The notes beneath the pieces were generated by a model. That model searched no databases. It was not told the DNA's origin and saw nothing but the letters and a program-made list of their open reading frames with translations. From Podarcis cretensis (Eukaryota), in assembly GCA_951804945.1 (NCBI GenBank), contig OX638154.1:18910001-18974000 (forward strand): DNA of 64,000 nt, written 5' to 3'. This document shows positions 11,108-24,594 of this stretch, piece after piece. The position numbers and the translations under genes are program-made. How positions within the stretch are numbered: the first letter of the stretch is position 1; every line of letters starts with the position of its first letter.

Positions 11108-14100
11108 TATATGGGCAGAATTCGATATGGGGCTATATTGGATGTTTCCATCAGCGCAAGTGTGTCGGCTTGGCAGACAGAGCAAACCTCCCACCCATCT
11201 TGCCATGCGCTGTTGTGGATGTTCTCCTGACATCCTCCCCAAGCAAGTTTTAGGGAGCATGAGGGAGGGCACATGGAGGTAGAAGAGGGGAGAAAAGCCC
11301 TGCTGCAGAAGTAGAAGCCCTTTAAGGCAATAAACCAGCTGTTGTTGCTTTATTCTCTCCTGTAAACCTGTTCTCGTTATAAATATTATTTTGGCAAAAT
11401 TATATTTACTTCCGAAAAGGTGTCCATTTGAGTGATTTAGACATTTCCCCAGTCTTCAGAAAGTTGGTTTATGCCAATGAATTTTGGTCAAATATTTTGT
11501 TTCCTTTTAATTAGCTGCCTTGGAAGTTTCCTTTTTTGTTGTTGTTGTTTCTTTCCTCCTCTCCAACTCAGTTTCCCCATAAAATTAGATATTCTGCATT
11601 AATGATATGTGGCGCAGTTGTAAATTCAGTGGAAAGAAATAGTCAGTTTAAAGAATGTATTCATCTTGGCAGGCTTTCTATGGCTTTCTTACTAGTGGAT
11701 AGATTATCAACAGTAGGCTAGTGGCTAATTTAAGCGTAGCAAAGAACCATACTTGTGACTCCCAGGAGATTAATCCGCCTGTCGTTTTCAGGCAGCATGC
11801 TATGAACACTCTGCATTTTCAGTAGCTTCTCCAGTGAACTCTGAAAAGCATACCTCTCGCTTTAAAAAAATGCATTATTTTAATGTTACAGCTGCTCTAA
11901 TAAAACCTTTGTTATGGCTACGCTCATAAAGACTTTGTATCTAGGAACCTATGCTGAAAACGAATGATGCAAATTGGTGGAATAAATGCAAATCGGCTTA
12001 CTTTTCACAAACACATTTTGTTTGCATGGTTCTTTCTGAACTCAGTCTTTAATCTCTTGTGATAAGGAGAGTTGTGAAGACTGGCATAGTGGCAGGAAGA
12101 GTAGTATAGTCTGAGTCCCATCAGGGGAAAAGGCAGGGTATGAATTAGTATAATAATAACAATGACAGTAACAATAGCAATAACTAAGTAAGTAAGTAAG
12201 TAAATAAAATAACTGAGTAATATTCTAGGAAAAGCTTCTTCAGGAACTTTGCTTTTACTATTAAAATGAATATTTCTAGCTTCTCTGGTACCAGTGGTGG
12301 CCATTGTGAGGTGGAGTTTAGAAGAGGCATTTCCCAAAGATTCAGAAATAAAAGTCGATCTTGGTTAAGCCTTTCACTAGTCTTTCCAAAGCTATTTGCA
12401 CACTGCCTTCTTCTAAAAATGCACCTTACTAGAACTAGAAACGATAATAGCTTTCATTTATGCATTTTAAATAGTTGGACAGTCATCTGGCTAACAGAAG
12501 ATGCAAAGACCTTTGGGTCTCGTTGGGCTTCTTTCCCCCTTTGAGTTTAGAATGAGCAGGAAGTGGGAGGGATAAAAAAAAGTCTGACATGAACTACAAA
12601 GTTATTCTGGGTTTATTCTGGCGTGATTGCCTACACAGGAATCAAGGGTTGGCTACGGCACATAGTGAAATACAAGGCTGCATTTTGCTTGCTGGTCATC
12701 CTGTTTGAGGAGTTTCAAGGGTTCTATCTCCTCCAGTAATGGCTATCGCCAAGGAATTCAAGCAGAATAAAACTTAAAAGCCCAAAGGGTGCATGGTTAT
12801 AGCACAGTGGGTTTTAATCTCAAGAGATCACTTCCATGAAGGTTTAAGAGGAAGTACTTTATTGAGTCCACTAAGACATTCTGATAGTTAACCCTGCCTG
12901 CTATTAATCTCCTTCTTGGTAGCGTTGATGTTCTTAAAAAAATAGTGTTGGTGTTCTTAAAAAAATCATAATACCCAGGTTTAGTGATCCCTTCTTATCT
13001 ATCTTTACTGCTACTTACATGTCTTCCTGAGAAAGGCTGAAGAGAGATATTGGTTTTGGATTTTTGTGATGTTGCAGTTAGGGTGTCAGCAATATCTTCA
13101 TGATGGGCACCCAAATTCTGCTTGGAATAAGTGACGCAAATGCCTACCCATTTAATTATTTGCATAATTTATTACAGTTGCAATATTTGGGCTCTTGTAG
13201 AAACCAAAAGAAGGAAAGAATGGTTTGCAATTGGTGAGAAAGTGGTGTCCGGGTGGATTTTTCGTAAAGCGGGCAAAATGTCTGAGAAAATGTCCAAATT
13301 TTTTTGGAGACTTTGTCCAAAAAGCTCAACAACTTTTTGAAATATGGCAACCCTAGGATAGAGCAACTGCCCTTGGCAATATGGAATTCACAGCCACAAA
13401 ATTTGGCAATGACTCACACAATCTCAGTCTAACCATACCTGTCACTGAACATGTTGCATAGGGTAAGGCTGGGATTAAAATAATAATAATAATAAAACCA
13501 AGCAAAGGGGGGGCCTGATACAGACTGAGACTGCAGCTGTAGCCATCCCTAAATCCATGCATAATCTAAATCCTGGTAGATCACTAGTTAGTGTGTAATG
13601 CTAGGGACATCTTTCTTGACCTAAAGCAGCTCGCAATACAAGAACAAGACTATATATTAATGTATTATTACAATCAACAGTCTAACACCAATTCATTTCA
13701 AAGCAAATAATAATGCTCCAAATATAAGAATTGATTTCAGTAGTGGTAACGTTGTAACATTTTAAATGTATTGCGATATACACCACAGGAGTCATTAAAA
13801 CGCAATACGAATTGATAGGTTTTATCAGTCGTTGCAATACAGAAGCCAGAGTCGGATTGCCATAAAAATTTTCAGTCCACTGCAGTCAGGTATGAATAAA
13901 TAATATCACCAGCAGCCAGTTTCTCTAAAGTGCCAAGAGCAGGAAATAGCAACCAGATTTTGTTGCAGCCGGCGGTGCAGTGGTTTAAATGGAAGCTGCA
14001 TGTGTCTGCTGCTTCTGAATGTCAGGAGTTGGAGGGGCGTGCGGCGGATGACAACCCCAGGAGGCTCTTCTTACCTTCATGTTCTTGCCATTTCTTGGAA

Positions 14101-16424
14101 GCATCTGAGAAGCCACTTCTAAAAATAGGATATTGAATGAGATGACCTTCGGTCTGATCCAATAGGGTTCTCGTTCTCTTCTTAGTACACACCTCCCTGA
14201 TTAATTTCCAGTCCTTCACCAACTAATGTTGACAAACGCTCTCTTCACTTCTAGATGTGGGCTAGATGGTCCATTTACAAACTGGAGAGACTCTGCTTCC
14301 ATAAGCCAAATTCAATGCCAGATTCAGGAGCTTTGTGGCACCCTACCTCCATGTTAAGAATTTCTCCTACTCCGTCAAGCCTCAGGATCATGGAGAGCTG
14401 CTACTAGTAATAATATCCAGAAATGCAGCCTTCATGATGGCTGCCGTTCCCTGTTAGATTTTGCGACTACCGACTTTAGCAGCATCAGATGGGTATTCCC
14501 AGGGCTTTGGGCATGCTATGAGAATGCAAAATGTGCAACATTCTATACGGAAACTACTTTTCTGAGAATCTAAATCTTTATCTGTTTGTTTTTAAAGCAC
14601 ATTTCTAATCTTTAAGGGTAAGGATGTGTTTTAAAGTATGTGGACAATGCCTGATGAAATCTCAGAAGCCAGAAGGGTACCCATAAGGGTAGCCAGGGAT
14701 AGGAATGTAAAGATCGGTCCATTTTGGCTATCTCATTTTCTCATTTTCCCAATCTTAAATTCAGGTTTCTACTGGCATTTTTAATGCAAGTTTCTCCTAA
14801 TAATACATTTTTTTCTTCAGTTTTGACTAATCTACTCATTTTGTAAGCGCTTTCTCATAACAAATTCATTGCTATACACATTTCCCTGTTATATATTCGT
14901 TTTTTGTAAACGTTGATTGGAGAACTGCTTCGCAAAATGTAGATAAGTGTGACTTCTGAAAGTTGGTTGAGCTTTGGTTCTCATGTTGCTTTGGAAACAA
15001 CAGGCTCAATAAATTCAACCTTAAATGTGAATTGAATTGCATTTTCCCTCCACCCCTGCTTGGGACACATAGCTCTTTCCCTGCTTCTGTGAGAAGAATA
15101 CAAAAGAGGAGGGATCGTGTAAATTTGTATAAATGTGCACAGGCTGCATAAATGTTGTTGCTGCATAAATACAGGCTGCATAAATACTTGTTGCTTCAGT
15201 TACACCAAGCCCTGGGCACTGCCATCACACTGAGCATGTGAACTTCCCTATGGCATTTCCTTGACACTGAGTCAAAAATATTGCTGGTGAACTTGCTCTT
15301 GAAGCAGCCTAGCAGGTTGACTGGCTTATGTGTCCTAGCTTTCCTGGTTCTCCCCACGTTAAGCCAAATTATTTTGCTTCCCTATTTTGGCCCCTTTCTC
15401 TTGCAATTCTGAGGCTCAGGAAACAAAACTCAGCAGAGATCCCGATAACCGCAGTTCCCTTTTTTGTTTCCCTTCCACTGCTGGCCATAATGTAATTTTT
15501 GGCACGGACGACCCGTAACATCTTGATTTGCAGGCGGTCAAATAAAATACAGAAAGAAAACCCCCCTCACGCCCCCAGTGCCATTAGCAGAGTTGACATG
15601 CTGTTTCAAGGCAAAAGTGAGTGTTTCGCCTAGCATTTGCTTTCCTGCATTATGTCAGTGGCTGTTGCTATTGAAAGTAAACACCCCAACAGGATAAGTC
15701 AACAGTGTTATGTTTATACAGAGCTCATAAACTACAGTAGCTGTTGGTCTGCTTTATGGAGTGCCAGCCCCTGAGGGGAAGAGAAGGAGCAGTGTGAAAT
15801 TACAGCCTGCATTTCACCTATCCTGAGCTTTAGAAATGGTGAATTTACTGGGGATTAATTTAATAGAGCATACAAAAGAAAACAAGCTTGGTCCGAATGA
15901 TACCAAGGTATCTGTTTGCGTTACTCCCTTCCGTACACGAGAACGCCAAGGAGGCTAACGACAGACTCTCATTCCTTTTCATATCTTTCCGTCCGTCCAA
16001 ATTTGGAATCTAAAAATACAGTTTAAAATAGAAGCTACAGGGTGGGTGGCCCTCATTTTTCCCCCAAACAAGACACATAAAACCAAATTTAAATACACAT
16101 CAACAACCAGAAGGCAATTTCCACAACACATTGTCAACAGATAAGATTTAACAAACACATAACACACACATACCCGCTCCAACAACCGCAGTTAGACACT
16201 CCCTGTGATAGCAGATTAAGACATAATGCTTACAGGTAACAGTGGCAACAAAATGGACAAGTTCCTCCTGCATTCATGGAGCTTCCAGCTACTTTGGGCT
16301 GGTACCCATGGTAGTTTAAAGTGGATGTGATGCATCCAATGGGTAAATGTTCTTTGCGACATCCACACATTGTCCTAATCCAAGTGGCAGCCCGCATTTC
16401 CTCTCATTTAACTAATATTTTCCT

Positions 16425-16594
16425 TCCAGTAGCACCTTAGAGACCAACTAAGTTTGCTATTGGTATGAGCTTTCGTGTGCATACACACTTCTTCAGATAC
16501 CAATAACAAACTTAGTTGTTCTCTAAGGTGCTACTGGAAGGAATTTTTTTTAATTTTGTTTCGACTACGGCAGACCAACACGGCTACCTACCTG
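16425..16594. mobile_element. Penelope-like element terminal repeat with inverted duplication
   Basis: 46-bp inverted arms (16421-16466, 16497-16542), reptile PLE-type end cagaccaacacggctacctacctg, 16-bp TSD TAACTAA(T/G)ATTTTCCT (16409-16424, 16595-16610). Confidence 0.8.
16463..16500 (-). ncRNA. Minimal type I hammerhead ribozyme motif (Penelope-associated)
   Basis: Minus strand reads GUAU-CUGAAGA-A-GUGUG(UAUG)CACAC-GAAA-GC-UC-AUAC: both core boxes, stem II, a palindromic AGCU in place of stem III, and a UC cleavage site. Confidence 0.75.
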
Positions 16595-16779
16595 TAACTA
16601 AGATTTTCCTGATCCACTGATACTGGAGTAAGGGAGGGGGTGGAATCATAAAATCTCAAATTACCGGAATGGATGTTCTGTTGTGTGACTCGACTTTCTT
16701 TTTAAACAGGTAAACAGATGCCTGTGCACACGCCCACAATAGAGCTCATGTTTCTTTAACTCAGAAGGTAGAGAACTAG

Positions 16780-17031
16780 TAGGGTTGCCATACGTCTGGG
16801 ATTTGTCGGTCGAAAATAATGTCCAGGCAGAATTTCCAAAATTCAGTAAAAATGCGGATCCGGGGAAACCCGGGAATATGGCAACCCAAGTCGGAAGTGT
16901 TGGTTTTTTGCCAATTTTCCTCAACAATAGCCCAAGAACTTCATTAAAAAAAGAGATTTTGAGAGAGAAAAAATTCATCAACTTTACTAAAAAAAAACAC
17001 CTCAACAACTTTTTGAAATTTGGTAACCCTA
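16780..17031. mobile_element. hAT-type MITE (TAGGGTTGCC termini)
   Basis: TIR tagggttgcca / tggtaacccta, direct repeat GAACTAG on both flanks. Partial relatives at about 13240-13355 and 54824-55020. Confidence 0.8.
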
Positions 17032-17810
17032 GAACTAGTAACTGAGGGGAAGGAACATAGCACAAATACATCCCATTGAGAATAGTCCACCAGTGTGGAT
17101 GGGAAGCACTGAGATAGAGTTCAACTGAAAGTGCTTATGTGTGGACGAATGAGCAGAAAAGCACACATGGAAAAATCAGATTTGTGTGACCCACGTGCAC
17201 ACTAACACCTGGTGTGTACACAGCCTCAGGATTTGTGGCCTTCAGGAACTAAAGGATTTTGTTCACAATCTGTTGCACTTTCCCACACAAGGTTTTTAAG
17301 CAGAATTTCCAGACAGGAATTCCTAACACTGGAAAGGGAGTGGAAGTGTGTTCCCTTCTTATGGGTAAGGACACATGTGACTCATGAAGTAGCTCTCTTT
17401 GTGTTGGCAGTGCAAAAAGAGTAGAAATAAATTGGTTGCACAAAATGTGGTTAGGTATTACAGCTCATCACATTTCATTATATTTTTTTATTTGCTTGTT
17501 TTACACACTGTAAACATTTATAGCTGGTTTTATGCTTTCGTTTGTAGATTATACATTGTTTGCAGTATTGCAAGGCTGAGATTTGTTCCCTTGTTTGACA
17601 ATGAATGATGGGCCCAAGCAAATAAATGAGACTGGCTGACTAATTGGCTTTAGGGGAGAGTGCAGAAACCCAGCCCTTGGTATTCTGTATTCTCATTTTG
17701 TATTTTTCTGTTGTGATCTGCCCTGGGATCTTTGGATAAAGGACAGCATACACATTTAATTTAATAATAATGATGATAATAATACAAGAAGTGAGAACAG
17801 CACCTTAGAC

Positions 17811-17946
17811 CAGGCATAGGCAAACTCGGCCCTCCAGATGTTTTGGGACTACAACTCCTATCATCCCTATCTAACAGGACCAGTGGTCAGGGATGATGGG
17901 AGTTGTAGTCTCAAAACTTCTGGAGGGCTGAGTTTCCCTATGCCTT
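17811..17946. mobile_element. Short fold-back hAT (Charlie-like) MITE
   Basis: Almost fully palindromic; 8-bp TSD CCTTAGAC/CCTTGGAC. Confidence 0.85.
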
Positions 17947-18522
17947 CCTTGGACTAAGGCAGTTTAGAAATGCCCACGATGTTGTTTGTCCCTTTTTTAC
18001 TAGATATTTAGAAAAACAAATGTGTTTCTGTTTTGAAGATTTTAGAGAAGTTGAATAAATCATTTGCCTTGGTCGGACCTCTTAAGTTTATCTTATATTT
18101 GCAAAGAGGCTGTGACTCAGTGGTAGAGATGTACTTTGCCTAGAAAAGATCCCAGGTCCAGTCTCTTACATCTCATGCTCAAAGAGGTTTCAGGTAGAAC
18201 CATCTCTAATTTAATCCATCAGGGATGTTGCTGGTCAATATTGGGCCAGTCAACCAATAGTCTGACTTGGTCAATGGAGGCAATCTCAGATTAGGCTGTA
18301 ATATCGAAGAAGTAATAATACTTACTTCATGGTAAACAATGATATGTTGTGCCATAAGGCATATTCACTTGGTCACCTGCTTTGTGTTGTAGCTTGCAGG
18401 CTCCACACATATTTTACTTTATTAAGCATATGTTTATATGCTGCTATTGATCATATTTTTGTATGTTGCTGTTCTTGGAATGATCTATTCAGCATACTTT
18501 TGGAATATATGTATTTCCTATA

Positions 18523-18764
18523 CAGTGGTACCTTGGGTTACAGACGCTTCAGGTTACAGACGCTTCAGGTTACAGACTCCTCTAACCCAGAAATAGTGCT
18601 TCAGGTTAAGAACTTTGCTTCAGGATGAGAACAGAAATCGTGCTCCGGCGGTGCGGCAGCAGCTGGAGGCCCCATTAGCTAAAGTGGTGCTTCAGGTTAA
18701 GAAAAGTTTCAGGTTAAGAATGGGCCTCCGGAACTAATTAAGCTCTTAACCCGAGGTACCACTG
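18523..18764 (+). mobile_element. Tigger/TcMar-type MITE
   Basis: TA-cagtggtacc...ggtaccactg-TA. Same family as 25485-25853 and 43099-43324. Confidence 0.9.
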
Positions 18765-18854
18765 TAATGCCATTCTTCATAAGACACTAAAATACTTAAC
18801 ATTAATAAAACTATAATGCAAAAATCATAATAATACAAAGGAATACCTGAATAA

Positions 18855-18945
18855 GGGTGCAGTCCTTTCTGTGTCTACTAAGAAGCAAGTCTCAGTGAGT
18901 TCAATGGAAGCTTACTCTCAGATAAGTGTGTGTTGGATTGCAGCC
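18855..18945. mobile_element. Small palindromic MITE (GGGTGCAGTCC...GGATTGCAGCC), possibly Harbinger-type
   Basis: Inverted ends flanked by TAA; a relative lies at about 57975-58220. Confidence 0.5.
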
Positions 18946-19115
18946 TAAAATATTCAAACTTTTGGTTGTGGTCCTCCATTTTGGAACTCTCTCTGCATAA
19001 GGTGGCCTACAACTGCCCATGCTGCTATCTTTTCGGCATAAAAGGAACTCTTTAGAACCCCAGGCAGATTTTTGTTTGAGTACCTGGGTGTCAAGCCATT
19101 TAGGGCTTTACAGAT

Positions 19116-19465
19116 AAAGGTAAAGGGACCCCTGACCATTAGGTCCAGTCATGGCCGACTCTGGGGTTGCGGCGCTCATCTCGCTTTATTGGCCGAGGAA
19201 GCCAGTGTACAGCTTCCGGTTATGTGGCCTGCATGACTAAGCCGCTTCTGGCAAACCAGAGCAGCGCATGTAAAAGCCGTTTACTTTCCCGCTGGAGCAG
19301 TACCTATTTATCTACTTGCACTTTGACGTGCTTTCGAACTGCTAGGTTGTCAGGAGGAGGGACCAAACAATGGGAGCTCACCCCATCACGGGGATTCGCA
19401 CCGCCGACTTTCTGATCGGCAAGCCCTAGGCTCTGTGGTTTAACCCACAGTGCCACCTGCATCCC
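19116..19465 (-). mobile_element. Sauria SINE, full length, inserted in an older LINE remnant
   Basis: Reverse complement of the 2528-type copy; TSD CTTTACAGATAAA. Confidence 0.92.
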
Positions 19466-19580
19466 TTTACAGATAAATACCAGCACCTTAAATTAAGCTT
19501 GGTAGCAGAGAGCTGTGGAGCTCTTTCAGAACTGGGGTGATTCATTATTAACTAGCTGTCTTCAAGGGCAGTTCCACATA

Positions 19581-19811
19581 CAGTTCTCAAATGTAATCCT
19601 TTCCGAAATGTAATCCTTTCCGTTTGACTTCTGAAACGTTCGAAAACCAAGGCGCGGCTTCCGATTGGCTGCAGGAGCTTCCTGCACTCAAGCGGAAACT
19701 GTGTTGGATGTTCAGCTTCCGAAGAACATTCAAAAACTGGAACACCAGTTTTCAGTGTTCGGGAGCCAATTTATTCGCCAACTAAGCCATTCGAGAACCA
19801 AGCTACCACTG
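19581..19811. mobile_element. Degenerate TcMar-type MITE
   Basis: Right end tcgagaaccaagctaccactg-TA; left end decayed, with a local 16-bp duplication. Confidence 0.55.
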
Positions 19812-21204
19812 TATAATGTATTGCAGTATTCTGGATGAGAAGTCACTACTGTGGTCCTCATCCAAGAGACATTGTAACTGACATACTAGCTCAAGGTGAA
19901 GATACTTGGCTCTCTAGGGACAAAGCTGAATCCAGGAATATTCCCAGGTGCAAAGCTGATGCTTCAGGGGAGCGTAACTCTATCCAAAATAGGTTGAACA
20001 CCATCTCCTTGAATGGAAGGAATTCTGGATAAACTGTAAACTGGAATCTGGGAACTATTCTATTAGCTAAACTGAAGGCTTTGTAGCAGAATGTATATAT
20101 TCAAAGTCGAGCTACATTGAAACTCCCTTTGGAAATGTCCACTCTCAGGACCAATGCAGCTGAAATGCTCTCAAAGACAACCTTTAAGCTTGTTTTCTTT
20201 TGAATGCTGTAGTTGGGTTTATTTATTTATTGCTAGATATCATTTACTCTTGAGTTTTCAGAACCATAAATCTCCTGTTAGTGATAAATCCAATTATGAA
20301 CTCATCAGGAACTTGACTGTTTACAAAGAGTGATTAATCATATAAGCCATGTGGAAGAAATAAGCAACTTCTGTGAAAGTAATCTCAATGTATGCTCTTA
20401 ACTGGCAGCCTTGTGAGCCAGCTGGGTGAATAATAAACTGTGAGCTCCTCGATTTTTAATTTATTTTATTTTTAAAAAAACACCTAAAATTGCATGAATG
20501 ATTAATTGTGATAAGTGCAAAATTCTGCTTTGAAAAGTACTGTTAGAAGTAATTTTTTAATGATCCAGTGAATGGCTCTTAGAAATCCACAGCCCGCTGA
20601 GAATTAATAGACTTACTGCTAGTTTTCTGCAAGTCAGTATACAGGGGAGCAGAGCTCCATAATTTATTTATTTTTTAGATCAGAAGCAATGACATAATTG
20701 GCCAGATCTTCAGGGTAACTGATGGACGCATAGTCTCTGGCAAGTGACAGAGGCAATAACAAGGCTTTCAAGTTTCTTTGTGACAGTTTAGCACAGAGGA
20801 AGTTGGAGAATGAGAAAAATAATCGAGCAGAGGCTGCATACTTCTTTCCTTTCCTTTGATAGAGTTTCTACTTCATGCTAGCCATTTGTTATGCTTTGTA
20901 TTGCTGCTGTTTGTTCTCTGTGTGAATCTAATCTATAGAGGGAATGGATATTTTATATTGAAATTTTATGTTGTGAATCTCCCTTGATCTATGGACAAAG
21001 GACAGCCAGTATACATCATCACCGTCATAATAGCTGCCTGTATTTTTGGTCTCTCCTTGGGGCTGCCATGATGAACCTCCACTCTTCAAAGTTCACCTCT
21101 ACATTATTGTTGGTAGAATTTTATCTCTTAAGGTCTAATCTTTGGAAGGCTTCTTCGTGTTCAAACTTATCGAATTGCAGCAAGATTGTTTAGCAGACAC
21201 AGAT

Positions 21205-21500
21205 GAGTAGGGTAGCTCAGTGGTTGTACAGGTGCCTTGCATGAGGAAGGCTTGATCCCTGGTTTTCCCTGTTAAAAATATCTCAGGCAGCTGGTTTGGA
21301 GGACCGCTGAAAGGTGGTGCCGTTCAGAGGAGACAGCCATGGTCTAGACCAGGAGTAGGGAACCTGTGCCCTTCAAGATGTTGTTGAACTCCAAATCCCA
21401 TCAGCCCTATCCAGAATGGTCAGGAATGATGGGACTTCTTCTCCAGCAATGTTCAGAGGGCCACCAGTTCCCCTCTCCATCTGTAGATGGACCAGTTGTA
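21205..21500 (+). mobile_element. Old tRNA-Ala-headed SINE interrupted by a fold-back hAT MITE (about 21350-21480)
   Basis: tagctcagtgg head; MITE begins after ggtctagac; SINE tail tagatggacc resumes afterwards. Confidence 0.55.
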
Positions 21501-22639
21501 TCAGCTTCCAAACAGAATATGCACCATTTTCACATTAATGTGTGGGGTCAACCCTCAAAATGTATAACCTATTGTAGTTTTTTCATTAGCCACTGAAAGT
21601 AGCTTGAAACCCATCAACCCCACTGCTCTGCATACAGCCTAGTCTTCATTTCCTGCCTATGGTTTGGCTTGCTTGCTGCTTCTTCTTTTTTTAAAAAAAG
21701 CTCTTTATGAAAAGGTAGGTCACATGACTTGTTAACCGCAAAGGCAAGCCGCATTTTTTACACACCACTATTAATCTGTGAAATGTGGACTGAGTGTTAG
21801 TGTGCACAGTGGGAAGACTCCTCATGGCAAAAGTAGCCAGATGTGTTGGACTCCATCTCCCATGAGTCCCAGCCAACACATGGCCAGTGGTCAGGGATGA
21901 TGAGAGCGGAACCCATAACAGCTGGATGGCATCAAGTTGGCTACTGGAGAGATCATTGTTTAATACAAGCAGGAGGAAATAAAAGATCCACCCACAAGCT
22001 GAGAGACTGTGTGAATTGGCTGTCAGGTAAAGGTTAATCACCCTTCAGAATAAATCTTTTCTCTTCACCCGCCACCTCTGCCCACCCCCAAAAGCACAAA
22101 TAATTAGGATGAAGAGATGTTACACTGCAGAACAAAACCCTCCAGAGGCCTTCAGTGTAGGATGGGACAGATGTGGAGGAGTTTGAATTCAGGTCCTGAA
22201 CTCCTGGGTCACTTAGTTACCCTAGAGATGTATCTGGACCAGTAAAAGACGGGAGTATTTGATCCTTTCCAGCTGTTGCAGTTGTGGGGGGGGGGGGAGA
22301 TTTCTCAGATGGCAGCTCTCTTGCATTATTCTGCTTCTGATGACAAGGGAGCTTGGTTATGTGGACGGATGCTGTGTGCTTCTGCTGAGTCTTGTGCATT
22401 GATTTAACACATTCTTATGAAACTGTGGTTCCCAGTGCTGAGCTTGGTGTCCCCAAGAAAGCAGGGCAGTTGCTAAGGGAACGGTATGTGCCTCCCCACC
22501 ACCCCTCCAACTCTGTACTGAATCGGGAGGTAGAATGAGGAGAAGGTTGGAGGTCTTATTGTGTTTTTTTGTGGTGTGTATTTTTGTGTTTTGGTATTGT
22601 AAATGGCCCTGTGATCTTTGCATGAAGGAAGGCACAGAA

Positions 22640-22685
<46 letters not shown>
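22640..22685. repeat. (AAT)n microsatellite
   Basis: Direct reading. Confidence 0.97.
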
Positions 22686-22688
<3 letters not shown>

Positions 22689-23420
22689 TGCAATTCTTAA
22701 TTACTGAGGGATGAGAATAGGACAGGAATTTAATTTTGAAGGTCATGGTTCTCATGGGTACACCTAATCATTTGGATTGTTGTGCACAGACATGTTTTGC
22801 TTCCAAAATGATTGGCATGGCACCACCATGGTTCCAGTATTAGAGGGAATGGTGCATATGCACACACACACACACACACACACACACGTATGTGTACATA
22901 AGCTGGAGGGCAAAGTAATGAGCAATGGACACTTTCCTGCTGCCTAGATGGCTCCAAGGCCTTCATATTTCAGCTTGGAATGAGTTACGCTTCAGTTCTT
23001 TTTAAAGGAATTCAGGGCTATCCACTGGAATCCAATCTGCAGGTGGTATATTGAAAGTTCCAGGGTTGTAGAGTACTTGCACTTGAATATTTGGCCAGTG
23101 ACTTGGAAATAGACATGGGCTGACTCCAGCTCATTCAGCCGAGTTCTCCTTTGTCAGGGACAAGGAGTAAGGCCAGTGCAGCTGAGGCACTGGAGCCAGC
23201 TCCTGATTATTTCCATATAAAAATGCTTTGAGTATAAATTTATTTTTCCTCCTCTCTTTTTTCTTGTCAGCCCTAAATTTAGACTCGTGGAGAAGTTCCT
23301 TTGGCAGGGAGGGGATGGCAACCGTGACAAAATAGACCTTGTTGGTAGTTTTGAAAGTTCCTAGCAAAAAAGAAAGAAAAGAAAGATCTGGTTTCATTCA
23401 TGTCTCTGTTTTGTCCACAG

Positions 23421-23561
23421 CCCAACGCTCTGCTCACGAACTTCCGATGGTCGAGACTCAAGATGTTGACAGTTGCTTAGTATATGGTGGACAACAGATA
23501 ATCCTGACGGGCCAGAATTTTACTGCAGAATCTAAGGTTATATTCACAGAGAAGACACCAG
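23421..23561 (+). CDS. NFATC2: NFATC2 coding exon (IPT domain start, SQRSAHELPMVETQD...GGQQIILTGQNF...EKTP)
   Basis: Acceptor ttgtccacag, donor gtatgc. 141 nt, phase 1-1. SQRSAHELPMVE is typical of NFATC2 among the paralogues. Confidence 0.97.
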
Positions 23562-24594
23562 GTATGCTGTTCGTTGTATTATTTTTCTAATTAGGCTGAT
23601 CAAGGCGAAACATGTCTTATAGGACTGGGTCCTATGAACGGTCATTCAAACAGGGCCAGCATAACCAGAAATGAATTACTTTATTGGAACACAGCAACGC
23701 TTTGATTTCTGACCTGAATCATACCTGACCTCAAAAAACAAAACAAAAATCCTTAGCGTGGACTCATTGTTTTCCCTAGCCAAACATCACACAGGTTCAA
23801 ACAATGGTGGTGACTAATAAGAATACAGCACATTTCATTCACATGCAATTATAAAGCAGTTAAGGCTGACCCTTAAAGCTCTGACTCATTTTGGAGCTAG
23901 TTAGTAATAGCTGCCACCCGCTTTGCAATCTCTCAGGGACCGGCTTCCCCTTCAGAGACGTGCCACAAGCACCTCATGCAATTGGCGCTTTTAACCTTCT
24001 TTTGTCATTATTGTTTAAAGCAGCAGCCAGCCATCCCCGGTTGGCTACATTGTAAGCTGGTTCTGAAACTTGCAAGAAAAAGCCTCCAGGGCTGCACAGG
24101 AGCAGCTGTTTGGTGGTGGTGGTGGGAGTTGAAAGCCTTATTGTGCCTGTGTTCGCCAGTGTGCATGCACAGAAGTGCACACATAATGGAGGCTGCTGGC
24201 TTTCTTGCCTGAATTAGGAGGTCCCTTATAGTATTTGCTTAAGGTGGCTTTGCAAAGGTCCACAAAGTCTGTTAGCCCACAGTAAAGTAGCCTGCCTGCC
24301 CATGCATACTCATCTTAGCCATTTGTGGAATACTGAGGGTCAGGGAGGGAGAAATGAGGAAGAAACAGCTCTCATCTGCTTCCCTCTGCTTGGTGCCTTG
24401 GAGTTGATTTTTACTCACCACAAGTGACCAGCAGTTTGCAAACATGAATTAATTGAGCTACAAGGCGGAGCTAAGCCTAAGCCTTGCCGCTCAATATGCT
24501 GCAATGCCCTGGTCCTTTATGGAACACCACACTATTAAAGCATTACAGAAAGTTCGGTTTGGTTCAGTTTATTGTGTTTTAGCAAACAGCCATT

